The notes beneath the pieces were generated by a model that was not told where the DNA came from, did not search any database, and saw only the letters and a list, made by a program, of their open reading frames with translations. 64,000 bases of DNA from Auanema rhodensis (Eukaryota; Animalia; Nematoda), in NCBI GenBank assembly GCA_964057225.1, contig OZ059898.1, positions 6,076,001 to 6,140,000 of the forward strand. The letters are read 5' to 3'. How positions within the stretch are numbered: position 1 is the stretch's first letter; each line of letters begins with the position of its first letter. The translations under genes and the position numbers were made by a program. This document shows positions 14,201 to 28,085 of the stretch, piece by piece.

Positions 14201-17200
14201 GAACAAGTTGAAGCTTGTCAAGCGAATCATCTACTATGAAACAACAGAAGTCGATCTGTTATTTGACATTTGCCGTTTCAGTAACTCGCAGTAGTCCTAG
14301 TTTGAACTTCATTTTTTTCAACTTTTTCATCAGAGCATGCATAAGCATAGCTTCTGTGTCCTGAGTCTAAAAAACTCTAGGGAACTACTGTTACTTTTGA
14401 AAAAAATTGGAACGACAGAAACAAAGAAAAATCAAAGAGGGAAAAAGCAGTAGTTGGTATTCTAATTGACATATGCTTTTCATTTTTATATGTTTTGAGG
14501 GGGGTTTATAGTAAAAGCAACAGAATCATAATTTTATTCTCTAAATAGAAAAGAAAATTGCAAACTAACTAATCTTAGCTAAATTCCGAGGATTCTGCAT
14601 ATCATGATAGTGAATCTGAACGACGAACTTGTCACTTATACTGATGAGTAGCCATCTTCAAACTAATGACAGTTGGCCATTTATCACGTAGATTCTTATC
14701 TTATATTGGCTGGGAGGTCTTACTTTCAGGAAAAAAAAAGAAAAATATTGCAGAAAATAATAAAAAGAAGATGATAACATTATAGAAATTCAAAAATGAA
14801 AATTAATAAAATATTTAGGAAAGTAGCAAACGAATTAAAACTTTGTCATTAATTTTATTAAATTTAAAAAGAAAAGCTGAAAATAAAATAAAAAATTGTT
14901 TCGGCTTTCATCTTTCATCAAGGCTTAAGAAAGCCGCCGTTTGTATTTCACCGAAATTCTTCTTGTTAGTAACACAGGCAAAAGGAAAAGTTTTATTGTG
15001 AAATCTTTTTGATCAGTTTAAGCTGAAAGAATCTTGAAAGAGCTGTAAAGATATCTGCTTAGTGCGGGTGGTGAGAATAAGTGAGAGGATGTTAAGAATA
15101 AAATAAGAAGCTAACAGACAAGATCAGAACAAGAACTCAAGGAAGATGTTAACGTTGGGAGCAACCAATATGAATAGTCTAGAGGACAGCAGGGGAAGGA
15201 TGGTTGTAACCTGATATGGGATATTGCTAAAGAGAGATGGAATAAATGGAGTAAAGAGAATGAGGAGAGATAAAGAGAATAAAACAGAAAGACAATGAAT
15301 GAGCGAGAGAGAGATAAGAAGAGAAAAGAGTAGAAGAGATTAAAGAAAAGGAGAGACTTCGACTCTTCATAGTTCACAAAAGCTGTGATATTGTTTCTAA
15401 TATAGAAACTAAACCAATCGAAATGGAATATAAGCAGCAGCTTGCCAATCATATGGCTCTAAACATGTAACATGCATATGTATACTATTGAGACAAGGTG
15501 CGATGTTTAGACCGTGAAGTCTAATAAGGCTTCTCATTATGTTTCGTGCTATACGTCATCATAAAACACGGATTGGTGGATGGCTAGCCTTCCAATGACA
15601 CAAAGCATGATCAATGAGCACAAAAAGAAAGAAAATAGATATCTTTGCCTATTATTTAGCCAACAAAACATCGAATGACAAATTTAGTTGTTTAATTAGT
15701 TACAATCTAGTTTCAAAACTTTTCTGATTTTAAACAAGCAAGCCTTCATTTCGTTACTAGAAAATATCTATGTGAAAGAGCTACAAAGAGACAAAGCCAT
15801 TAATCATGTCAAGCAATTTCCTCTTTTCTTCTAGAATTACAGGTTCAGCCTAAGAACTTCCAGCATTTTTGTAAAAAACCCTTGAAAACGATTGAATCAC
15901 ATAGTAAGCTTGTCAGGAAGAACTTATGTTTCAAAATTTTTATAAAAAGCAGCAAAACATAGAGAAACCTAGTCATGTTTCCAGAGATAAACTAGTTGTA
16001 ACAGTATACTCTTTGGAAGAGGAGAAGAAGTAAAAAAAGAGAATATGGTGTCGAATATAGACTGTTTTGAATCTGAAAATACTTTATAGAAGAATAAACA
16101 ATTTATTTTTTATTTTTTATCCTCATATACATAATCTATATATATATTTATATATAGTTATAGTAATTATATATGTAAGATCTGGATATGTACATAAGAA
16201 TGATCACATCATGAATCAAAAAGCATTTTTTCTCCAAGTATTGTATTTCTTTTTTATTTTAATTCAAAAAAGAAAAGAAAAGAAAGAAAAACTGAAACGA
16301 TGTAAACGTGTACAATATGTTTTTAGATCTGAATGATAGTAATATTAAATAAATAAATAACGCTATTTTATAGTTTCGTGGTAAAAATTTGGAAAAAGAA
16401 AGATGATGTATGCAGGGTTTAAGGAAGGAACAACTTGGTAAACAGTCAATCATGTTAGATATAATAAGAGTATTTTCTTATTATTAGCAGCATTTTTGAA
16501 GTTCTCAGCTAAAATATAGCAAAAAATTAAACTTTTTCAAACTGTTTCAATATAAATTGAAATTGTAGGAGAAATTAACATATAAATGAATAAATGTCAA
16601 TGACAGCAGTAGTGAGTTTTGTGACCAAAGAATAGTAAAAGAAGAAAAATATGAAGTTATCATGAATATGAAGAAGATATTAGAAGAGTAGAGATTCATA
16701 TTTGTTTTCTGAAAAAAAAAGAAAAATGTGAGATGATTCAGATGAGTGCATGATGGAAGAGAAGATAATATGAATTCAAGACGATACGAAATATTTTATT
16801 CATTTAATTCCATTAGTTATATTAAAATCAATATCCTTATATTTATTATTAGAATTAATTTAAATAATTGAAAGAAGAATATTGGTGTTCTGATTGCAAA
16901 CGTCAGAATACTAATGAAAATAATGATGAGTGATGATGACATATACAATATATTTTAGTAAATATACATATAAATAGATAGAGAAGACTTCAATTTATTA
17001 GGAAAATACAAAGAAAAAAAATGAAATTGAATCAATAATTTGATAACGTTTATAATATTTATATTTAAATAATTCAAAGTGTATCTATCTAAAGTATAAG
17101 AATCGTTCATTAAACTCATTTGCATAATTTTCCTAATTTAGCTTTTCACGATCGTAAAACGAAGGCATATTGGCTTGCTAAGATGGATAAGTTCTACGAT

Positions 17201-20200
17201 TAAACAGAATAAAGACGTAAAAATGATCTCATATAAGATTAAGATGAATAATTTTAAATTAAAAAAGTGATCTTCGTTAAATAAACATTATAGAACTATG
17301 GTGTCTAACGTGACTTCCATTTAATTTTTACAAAAAAAAATTATGTTCGATCGAAAAATGAAGTAGAATATTCAAAATTTCTTAGAAAACAAAGAATTTT
17401 ATATTCGCTGTAATCAAGATTGCCTTTTTGCTGGTGTATGTATGCATCTATCTTTTACATGGACCGTTATAAAGTTTACATTTCCTTATTTCTATTAATT
17501 TTCTGTATTTCATTATATTATATTGTATTTAGCTATTAGAATGGAAATAGTTCTGCATTTTTGTATAAAAATACTTGAATAATTAAAATAGCATGGTTGG
17601 TTAAATAGCCAATTTACTGAATTGCTAGATGGTAATGGAGAAGGAGCCAAAGAACCTGGCTCATATTTTTAGAAAAAGAAGGAACAAAGTTATTTAAATT
17701 TTAGTCAAAGATATAATAAGAAGGAAACTAATTGTTATGTAGAACGTAAAGCATTTATCATAATTAGGAATTGTGACTGTAAAGCTTCATATTTTCACAA
17801 TTCAAATTGACGCTAAGTAAAACCTCGTGCTAGGTGAATCAAAGTAGATTTATGAATTCAGATGCTCATATTCGAGTGCATGATATTCCTTAGATTGCTT
17901 ATGAATTTTTTATATTGAAGCAAGAAGAAAGCTTTAAGCCCACTAGATTGAAAATCTGAGAAAAAAAGAAGGGATACGTTCAAATATAGAGTGATCCACT
18001 CATGTACATACAATATATTCTCAAAATATAAAGAAAGTGTTTTGAACGTTTACTTTATAAAGAAAATATTAACAACTTGAACTATAACATCTTTTGTTAG
18101 ATCTATTTCTTTTGTTTCTTTTAGTAAAATCTACAACATGACCTTTTCGGTGCTAAAAATAGGAATTTCCATGCAGGTTGATGAAACAAACCAACAAATC
18201 GCTTAAATGCTGAATAAGTTGTAATAGAAGATTAAGAATTATATCGTAAAAAGAGGAAATTTAAGGAAAAATATAAAAGTTCGAAATGTTTTTTCTCCAT
18301 TATCTGCAAAACGTTAATTCTACGATTTTTATATGCAACTATGTTGATAATTGATATATAATATACATACTGTTATTATGATTATAATGTTTTAATCTGG
18401 AGAAAGATCAGAGTAAAATGGCAAAAATATCTGAGTTCATTGAAAGAAAAATCTACACAGATCGAATGACAATTCCAAATACATGTTGAAAAAAAAAGAG
18501 GAGAATAGTCTGAGGAGGAAAGTGGGGAGAACGAGAGAGAACGGAGAGAAGAGCTAAAAGGGAAGGAAGAGTAAAGGGTGCGGGATAATGAAGAGACGGA
18601 GGGAAGAAGTAATAGAGAGAAAAGAATATGAAAAAGAAGAGTAATTTCCGTTTCAGAGAAATGACCAGAAGCAGGTCGTATTCGTAAAATGTTTTTAATG
18701 ACAAAAAAATCATTTTGTATGCTGAAAAATCTAAATAAATCTTAGAAAGGATGTGAGAGGGATGATGAATTCGAAAAAAAAGACGAAGAAGAATTGTGAT
18801 GATTGACCTTTTACAAAGTAAAATTATTAACCATATAACACACTCTCATGATTAAAAGAGTTATTATGAATTGAAGAAGAGAACTTTCTTGAACTTAGTT
18901 TCAAAGCAATTGAAGCAAAACAGCTTTTCTAAGAATAAATGTTCTTCTTCTATGTGCATGTCATCTATTCAATTGAAACTATTCTGAAGATAAAGTGGTG
19001 ATTGTTGATTGAATGAAGAGCCGTTTCATCATGATACTACTGCTAACCCAGGGCCAATAGAACATATAAACTCCGTCTACAAATTAAACGATATGAATAA
19101 TTAATATTTTAATTAACGTCAATGATTATCTGAAATAGAAATATTAGAATTTGACGAAAAAAAAAGAAAAAAAAAGAAAAGAAGCTTATACAAAATATAA
19201 AAGTATAGTAATACATGTATGTATATGTATATAATGATAATACTATATGAACAATATTATTATTATTTGTTGCATATAGGTTAAGTAATTGAGATCTTAA
19301 AAGGTTTTCTTTATTCTCTTTATTATTCTATTTAAGACAACATACACAAATACACTATATTATAATGGTTTTTTTATTCCAAAAAAATGATTGTTTTTCT
19401 CCAAGAAATATGACAAACGAGTGTGAAATAATTCTATTCAGATGCCAATAGAAAAAGAAGAAGAAGACAATAACAGATTCATTTGATGTATATACATGCA
19501 TACAGATGTTGTATGTAAATATAATGTAACTGGTCTTTGATTATTCCAGAGTTTTATAGAAATTATTTAAAATTTTAATATTTATTATAGAAGTAATATC
19601 ATAAAAGCTATAACTATGTAGAATATGTATAGATATATACTTATATAGATATATAGATATACATATAATTTATAAATAATGATAGGAAATAGATAAATAA
19701 ATGAGAAATATTTGTTGTTTTTTTCAAGAACAACAACAACTAAAAAATCATTCCTGGTATTTTCGTCAGCAAATTGCAAGAATTTTTCCATCTTTAATTG
19801 GTTTATTTCTTTCTAATAATCCAAAAATATTTTTCGGCATTTTATTTGTCGCATCATCTGTCTAATCTGAATTCATTTTTAGGAAACCGAAGCTGTTTTT
19901 TTTTAATTAGCTTTAGCATATTTGATATGATGATCAAGTGAAATTTTATTCAAAATGAGAAGCTGTAGCAGTTTAAAAACGAAATTGGGCTATTTGCTTT
20001 CGTATATTTGTCAAAAATTGTACGAATCAGGTCAAGGAAGACTTCATTATGGCAAATCATTCATGAAAAAATTGAAGAAAACTATAGCAATGTTTAGAGC
20101 AAATATAAAATATTGCCGAATTCTAAGATATATATATATATATATATTAAAAAGGACAGTCTTGTGTGTTTCATTCTTCTAAATAAAATAAAAAAGAAAA

Positions 20201-21493
20201 TAAATAGTATATAAAACGGAATTTATTTCATTTTTATTGTAGAAAAGGTAAAAAAAATTGGGGAAAAATAATAAGTATTAAAAAACCAGCTGTGATGATG
20301 ATGAGTTTTAAGTCACACAAGGATATGGTAATAGAGACAGCACTATTGATGAATAGTGAAAGGTCACCTGTTTCTCGATGACAATCTAGTGAACAATTCA
20401 ACATGAACATTTCACAAAAACATATAGTTAAGATATAATTAACCAAAATATAACCAAAATGTATATTTACGAACAGATTCGAATGATTAGTCTAAACCTG
20501 TTAAAATGATGAATAACGTCTCAGATACAGCAAGATGTAAACGAACAAGAAGACAACAGAAATTCGTTTCCATCATCATCATCTTCCGCATAATCTGAGA
20601 TTCTTCTATGTCTCATGAGGCATTATTTTCTATGTTTTTCATGAGTTCTTGAATTTCAAGAATATCACTAGAATTGCGAAGACGATTTTCATTTTTTTTT
20701 ACGATAACCATGCTATTTCAAGGATATCTACTACTACTAGACGATTAATAACATAACCGAACAAAACAAAGAATCACAATATTCTGCTCATTTTTCAATT
20801 TTTCTCTCTCTCTCCATATCTATCAAATCCGTATGGATATCCTGATATGAAAATGGGTGTGTTTGATTTTGTACTAGCAAAATACTATATGATATAGTAT
20901 ATGAAAAGGGAGTTTATATTTTTCAGAATACTATATACTAGAATAATTTAATACACTAGAATATATAGAATGTTTAATTATTGTTTTGACTATTAGCTAA
21001 GTTGAAATATAAAAAAAGATTAACGCAATAGTCTGATATAATCATTTAGCGAAAAAAAAAGAGAAATCAGGTAAGTTTAGCAAATACATGAAAATTCTGA
21101 GAATTCTAAAAGATATTACATATATGTATGTATATATATATATGAAATCATCTACTTTAGTAAGCATTCATGAATTATAGAATAAAAAACAAATGAGAAC
21201 AAAGTTTAAAAAATTACATTTGAGAGAGAATTAAGCGGAAAGAGTTATCTTCATAGCTCGCATCATTCACATGAAGCAGCTGACTCTGCAGGTCAGTCAA
21301 CTCAAACTATGTCAAAAAGAAGAAAAGGAAGAAAAGTATTTTTGAGGTATGTTGGTTTTTTTTCCAAACGTTTCTTTTTTTTATCAGCTGGTGAGAAAGT
21401 AATTAATAATGAGATAGCACTAAATGAAGTTAAGAGATATACATCATTAGCAAGTAATTTATTGATATATTCCATATATAGCTAACATATATA

Positions 21494-21495
<2 letters not shown>

Positions 21496-21545
<50 letters not shown>
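21496..21545. repeat. (TA)n microsatellite
   Basis: Perfect TA run of about 50 nt. Confidence 0.9.
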
Positions 21546-21548
<3 letters not shown>

Positions 21549-23224
21549 TATGATCATGATTATACAGTACAAATATTTATTTATTTCTTTGTTTTTATTT
21601 ATTATGTAATTTAAAAATAAAACATTTTATAATATTTTTCATATAGTATAACAAGTTGTTCCATGATAAGAAAGATGTTAACTATTGTTATTTATCGTCA
21701 ATGAAGATGTAAAGAGCAGATTTTATTTGGTATTTTCAAATATCCAACACTCAGGGGAGCAATATTTATTTTGCTAAAAGAGGATAAGAAAGAGACTCTG
21801 TGCAGTCGAATTTTCTTTATAATTTGTTTTTCAAAAGTACAAATTTGTATATATACATACATATATATGTATATACATATACGTATATGTATGTGCAGCA
21901 TCAATCATAACAAATTTCATAATTAAAGATTTATGGCTATTTTACTTCATATTGTCCTAGATTAATCAGAATGTCGATGTAGCAGATGGAATAGTTTTTC
22001 ATAAAATTTGATAATGTAGTATTAGATCAAGACTAAAAGGCAAAAATGATTTTCTGATCTATTCTTCACGCTTCTCGAGCAATTTCGGTATTAATGCTTA
22101 TAATTGAAAAATAATGTTTATGATATATTTGAAGCGAAAAAATGCTCTTCTAATGAATGATTTAACTGTGATTGTGGCAAAATCCAGACAAGTAATTTCA
22201 CTTAAAACGTATTTGAAATAACAGATTAGAATAGGCTAGTTTTTCAAACCTGTTTTTCAAATTTTTTTGTTACGTAGTATCATATATTCGATTGAGCCGT
22301 TATTCTTTTCGAAAAAGAAAATGATTTTTTTTTCCAGAAAACGAAATTGAGTTGTAAAATAACTGTTTCATCCATTTTTTCCTAATTTAATAGTTAATTA
22401 TGTACATGTATGTATATTTTAGTATGGGGAAGTATATAATTAACTAAGAAAATAGGAAGAACGACTTACAGTAGATATAAAAAAAATCTAGTGAAGGAAG
22501 TAGAGACAAAAAAAAATAAATAAATGAAGATTTGTATTTTTGAAGATTTATGTACATAATCACTTGAAGGTTAGAGAAGCTTATAAATATTCTAAATATC
22601 TTTATATTATTTTATATAAAGCTTAAATATTCGTAAAACAAAAATTTCAATAATAACAAATGTACACCTGTTACCTCTTAAATTTGTTTGTTTGCAAGTA
22701 TGTTGTAACTTTATTCTTAATGCTCTGTTTTAAAAGTATTTTCATGTTTATTTTCTTTTATTTTCTTGTTTTCAGAATGCTTAAATTTTGCTAATAGGCT
22801 TGCAATTCTTTGAAAATCAATAAACGTGAAATTTACGTCAACCTCATGCATATCATAGTTTCATTTTCACAAATTATGTAGATGGAAGCGCGGTTGTGCA
22901 AAATAATATGTGTATAAATATATTGTTTTATCTTTATATATATACATGAGAGATGAACATATATGTATATATATTTATATATATATATATATAATATTAT
23001 AAAATCAAGTTTTCAAACTTAAAGATACAAAAGTGATTGAAGGATTTTGACAGGTTGCCAGCTGCGTAATCTTATTGCTCATAGATCAGGACTTAAGTAA
23101 GTAGATCTAGTTTAACTGGCATAATCTGTTACCATATCTAGTCAGACAAGCAATGCTAAGATAGGATATATCGCCAGCATAGTTACGAACTGATAACTAT
23201 AACAACTTTTTTTCTAATCAAATT

Positions 23225-23253
23225 ACACACACACACACACATATATATATCTA

Positions 23254-23291
<38 letters not shown>
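23225..23291. repeat. Compound (CA)n/(TA)n microsatellite
   Basis: A CA run followed directly by a TA run. Confidence 0.9.
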
Positions 23292-23294
<3 letters not shown>

Positions 23295-23727
23295 ATGATG
23301 ATAGTTATGAATTGTATATAACTTTGTGTTTCTACAGTGCACTATTTATACTGATTATATGAAGATTTTTGACATAGCAATGAAAAACATAAATTATAAC
23401 CATCACCATTCTATAGTTTTATTAAATAACGAGAAGACTGTCGTAGATGCCTTAACAGTGTTGATAGTATCTTGCCTGTCTCTCATTTCTTCTGTCTGAT
23501 TATCCTGCTTTCAGTTCTTCAAAACAACAAACCAGTATTGAAGTCATTACTAGCATACAAGATTAGATCAATTCGTCTTAGTTTTATTCGAACTCAGATA
23601 TGATTAGACCAATTAAACAGAGAAAATGAACGATTTAATATGAAAAATAATAAGAAATATAACATATTTTATTAAACTCAGTCCAGCAGAAGTTTATATT
23701 TAAGTCATTCATTGAAACAATTTGATA

Positions 23728-24712
23728 TTAGCAAAGTTTACATGTTTTTGCGCAGAATTTCTTCCGGTATACACTGGTGTATTCAGGATTAGTACAAAAT
23801 CCTTTACGAGCCCAGCTAACACATCTAAAAATATTTTTCATTTGCATTATTACTTAAAAACCGAATAACGACAGATCTATACCTAGCATCAGCATCATCA
23901 CAACTATTGCATTTGTTACATGTTTTGGCACAAGTTCTACCCATTAACTCAGCATAGTTCGTGTCATTACACCTGCTAGTATGATGAATACAGTCTTTTG
24001 CTTCATCTGTGCAAACTCCAAAAAGGTCTACAATATAAAACTTAAAAAGATTATGAACGTTAACTAGTTACGGCTTCCTGTTCCTTCATTGGGGCATCTA
24101 TTACAAGTAGATGCACATTGCTCTGTCATTTGATCGTAATAATCAACCGAATTACAGAAGGACTAGAGACATATTATGAATTATATTTTATGTAATTATT
24201 GAATAACCTTCATGTTTGAACAAACATCAAATCCTGCTATGTCTTCACAGAGTTTCCCATTTCTCAAGTCACATTTACCACATGTTTGTGGGCAACGATC
24301 CTAAATGCGTTGTATTGAATCATCAAATATACAAACGTTGTAATTACTCTCATAAATTTGGACCAAACTTCAGATTCGCATTGATCATGCAAGGCTGTAC
24401 AATTGAATTCATCATCGGGCTGAGGATTAGAACAGGAATAAGCTTCACAAGCTTCACATGTTACAAGGCAATCCTTTTAGATTAGAAAGGTTGAGAAACG
24501 TTAAATAGTGAGGAAAACCTTTAAGTTCAATGAGTACTTTTCTTCATCACTAAAGCAATGAGTTTTGTTCTCAAATATTCCACCGCAATATGAAGTCCGG
24601 GCATTTGTCTTGCAATCTTCTACTTCTTCAGCATTAATCACAGCTAGTAAAATTAGAAAAAACAGCTAAAAAAAAATAATTTAAAAAAAAAAAAATAATA
24701 ATAATGTACCAT
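23728..24712 (-). CDS. Secreted cysteine-rich multi-ShKT-domain protein (7 short coding exons; not in the ORF track)
   Basis: The ATG at 24712-24710 is followed at once by an intron. The spliced protein is M/LFFLILLAVINAEEVEDC..(signal peptide)..DCLVTCEAC..DRCPQTCGKC..EQCASTCNRC..RTCAKTCNKC..CVSWARKGFC..KKFCAKTCKLC*, with five CxxTCxxC ShKT ends. Stop is TAA at 23730-23728. Confidence 0.9.
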
Positions 24713-24778
24713 TTTCTTGTCAATTCAGGACAGTTAGAAATAGAAAAGTATTTTGTAAAAGCACCTATTCGTGTTCCC

Positions 24779-24785
24779 TTTTATA
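24779..24785 (-). promoter_or_regulatory. TATA box of the ShKT gene
   Basis: TATAAAAGGG on the - strand, about 70 nt upstream of the ATG. Confidence 0.55.
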
Positions 24786-25611
24786 ACTGATGAAAAAAAA
24801 GCTGCCATGCAGATGCTCAAATAAACCTATTATTCATTTTTTTATTTTTCTCATGAAGGATGACGTTGAAATTTGACTTTGGCTATTGTTGTACTGTATA
24901 ACCGAAACGGAAACTGTCAATATGAAAGTATCTGTTTATTTGAACGACTACATCAACAAATCCTCAATTTGTAATAACGTAGTATCGAAGAGTAGCTAGA
25001 AAATATATATCGAGATCGAAAATGATGAGAAATTCAAGTGAGAATGGAATAGGAAAGAGAGAATGAGAGAGAACTCATATTAAGGTACAGAAAAAGAGAT
25101 GGAAGAGAGATTTCAGGAGACAAACGATGAAGGGGTATAGAAAGAAGAGAAAAAGGTTCAGATGGCAGAAGCTTGTTTTGATTCAAAAGCTAATAAACCC
25201 AAAAAGAGAAGAGGAACTAAGAGAATACAGAGAAAAAGTGGAAAATGACGTTAGGGAAACTATGTTTTCAGATATATGACGTCACAGATCGTACCTGAAA
25301 CCAGTTTACTTGTTGTGTCTACAAAATATATTTTAGAAAAAATATTCTATAGAATATAAATTAAAGTATTATGAGTTAATACTGATAAAAAAAATTATCA
25401 TAAATATAATCGATTAATAATTTTTTTTTAGGAAACATAAGACAATGAATCTTTTTCTTTTTCTTGTACTGTATACTATGTATGTTATGATGATACAGAT
25501 AAATATTCGCAGTGATATGGGATGATAGCGAAAGAGAATGGCTTGATAGCTAACCATAAGAACTGGTAATGTAATTGGCGGACAAAGCAAGGTCCAGTTT
25601 ACGGCTACTAC

Positions 25612-25618
25612 TATATAA
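25612..25618 (+). promoter_or_regulatory. TATA box of the GRL gene, with upstream TGATAG (GATA) sites
   Basis: CTATATAAGG at 25611, TGATAG near 25524 and 25544, and a TTCAG acceptor at 25801 just before the ATG. Confidence 0.5.
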
Positions 25619-25804
25619 GGCGATTCTCAGACTTCTTTTCATCACAAATAACATTGTCCTCTTCTTATGAAGTATCCAATGTTTTCAACAATCTACAATC
25701 TTATATTTATATTTTTTTTGATTTTACAAGTTCTTTATGCATTTTCTTTGGTGATATAGCTTTTAAATAAGTTGTTACATTAAGAATTATTTATAATTCA
25801 GGGT

Positions 25805-27749
25805 ATGTTCTACCTTCATTTGATCGCTGTCTTACTTCTTGCGGCCCCGCTTGAGGCCTTCCTCTTCCCTATGTCAGGAGGAGGATGTGGTGGAGGATGT
25901 GGTGGAGGATGCGGCGGAGGCTGCAGTGCTCCAGCTCCAAGTTGCGGATGCTCTCAACCAGCCCCAAGCTGCGGAGGAGGATGCAGTGCTCCAGCCCCAA
26001 GCTGCGGAGGAGGATGCAGTGCTCCAGCCCCAAGCTGCGGAGGAGGATGCAGTGCTCCAGCCCCAAGCTGCGGAGGAGGATGCGGTGCCCCAGCTCCTAG
26101 CTGCGGAGGAGGATGCGGCGGTGCTCCAGCACCTTCTGGAGGATGCGGAGGAGGATGCGGTGCCCCAGCTCCTAGCTGCGGAGGAGGATGCGGCGGTGCT
26201 CCAGCACCTTCTGGAGGATGCGGAGGAGGATGCGGCGGTGCTCCAGCACCTTCTGGAGGATGCGGAGGAGGATGCGGCGGTGCCCCAGCACCATCCGGAG
26301 GATGCGGAGGTGGATGCGGCGGTGCCCCAGCACCATCCGGAGGATGCGGAGGAGGATGCGGCGGTGCCCCAGCACCATCCGGAGGATGCGGAGGAGGATG
26401 CGGCGGTGCCCCAGCACCATCTGGAGGATGCGGAGGAGGATGCGGCGGTGCCCCAGCACCATCCGGAGGATGCGGAGGAGGCGGAGGAGGATGCGGAGGA
26501 TCTAGCGGAGGAGACAGTTATGCTCAAGCCCCACCACCACCACCATCCGGAGGATGCGGAGGAGGAGGAGGAGGAGGATACGCTCAAGCCCCACCATCCG
26601 GAGGATGCGGAGGAGGAGGAGGAGGATATGCTCAAGCTCCACCACCACCACCACCAAGCTATGCCGCTCCACCACCACCACCAAGCTACGCTCAACGTAA
26701 GTGTTTATACCCAAACTATTGAATAGAAACATCTTTTCAGCAGCCGGAGGAGGATACGCTCAAGCCGGAGGAGCTGGAGGAGGATACGCTCAAGCTGGAG
26801 GAGCCGGAGGAGGATACGCTCAAGCCGGAGGAGCTGGAGGAGGATACGCTCAATCTGGAGGAGCCGGAGGATACGCTCAATCTGGAGGAGCCGGAGGATA
26901 CGCTCAAGGAGGCGGAGGAGGAGGATACGCTCAAGGCGGAGCAGGAGGAGGATACGCTCAAGGAGGCGGAGGAGGTGGATACGCTCAAGGAGGCGGAGGA
27001 GGTGGATACGCTCAAGGAGGTTCCGGAGGAGGATATTCTCAAGGAGGAGCTGCAGGAGGATACTCTCAAGGAGGAGCCGGAGGAGCCGGAGGCGGATACT
27101 CTCAAGGAGGAGCCGGAGGAGGATATTCTCAAGGAGGAGCCGGAGGAGGATACTCCCAAGGAGGAGCACCACCACCACCACCACCACCACCACCAGCCCC
27201 AGCCGGAGGAGGAGGAGCCTACTCTGATGTAAGAACTGCAATCCAATCTTATTACTAATGAAATATTTTATAGAGCGGTGCCGCTCCACCACCACCACCA
27301 CCACCAGCCCCAGCTGCTGCTCCATCTGGAGGATACCAAGAACAAGGAGGAGCTGCCCCTGCTGGAGGCAACTACGATGATGCTAAAGCCGCTGCTTCCG
27401 CTGGAGGTGAAGAATACGAAGGAGGACAAGGATTCCGTCTTCGTCGTTTCTCCAAGACCGACAAGGCAGCCCTTGATAAGAGCACTTGCAACTCTTTAAG
27501 ACTTAGAACCACTATCCGCAAGGTAAATTAAAACAAACTTTACCATTAAATCCTATTATGATTTAGGCTCTCGGTAACGACGCTGAGGCTTCCATGAAAC
27601 AAGTTTCCGAAGCTGTCAAGCAACGTCACACTGGAGAGTGGTACGTAGCCTGCGGTGGTGACGGAATCGAGCCATTGGAAGATGAGCAACGTGAGCACTG
27701 TCTTGTTGAATCTGAATCCTTCGTCTGCTACGTCGTCAAGAAGGAGTAG
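25805..27749 (+). CDS. Secreted ground-like (GRL, hedgehog-related) cuticle/apical-ECM protein with a long Gly/Cys/Pro/Tyr repeat region
   Basis: Exons 25805-26696, 26741-27228, 27274-27522 and 27567-27749 are in frame. The protein has a signal peptide (MFYLHLIAVLLLAAPLEA), CGGGC-APAPS repeats, GGYAQ/GGYSQ repeats and an RLRR site. It ends in a 4-Cys ground-like domain: TCNSLRLRTTIRK..WYVACG..HCLVESESFVCYVVKKE*. Confidence 0.85.
25878..26500 (+). repeat. Coding tandem repeats: 33-nt (CGGGCSAPAPS) and 42-nt (GGCGGGCGGAPAPS) units
   Basis: Near-identical units are visible in the DNA, e.g. tgcggaggaggatgcagtgctccagccccaagc and ggaggatgcggaggaggatgcggcggtgccccagcaccatcc. Confidence 0.95.
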
Positions 27750-28085
27750 ACTGAAAAGAAGGACCAGTTCCTGCAATAGTTTCGATGATTCACAATTATC
27801 TGTATATTTGATCCGCTTCTTAATTAAATCTTAAAATACAATCAGATCTTCAACTCAATCGAATTGCAATCAATCCATGTTGTATTTTCGCAATAGGGAA
27901 GGCAGCCGATAAAGTAATATCAAAACATTTGGCAGTTCAATAAACAAAAGCACATTTTCATTAAATGATAACATAAATACGGAAAAACTGTCTGAGTGAT
28001 TTTTAATGGAATAATGTTTACAAAATATCCCGTCAACAAAAGCAATATTTCAACAATAACATTACAAACTACAAATATTGAAGAC

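Noticed and set aside
16542-22370. CTGTTTCA (piRNA Ruby-motif core) at about 16542 and 22363
   Set aside because: Two 8-mers in AT-rich DNA are near chance level, and there is no cluster.
7000-23600. Many 60-110 aa ORFs rich in F/L/I/S/K/Y
   Set aside because: They are translations of AT-rich or TC-rich low-complexity DNA, with no motifs and no consistent splice partners.
25878-26500. Regular direct repeats that superficially resemble a CRISPR array
   Set aside because: There are no unique spacers, the repeats are in-frame coding units, and the context is eukaryotic.
25839-27325. Long overlapping alternative-frame and antisense ORFs (poly-E/D, poly-S/W, poly-R/L)
   Set aside because: They are by-products of the stop-free GGA/CCA codon repeats of the GRL gene. 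Only the frame with a signal peptide splices to a recognisable domain.
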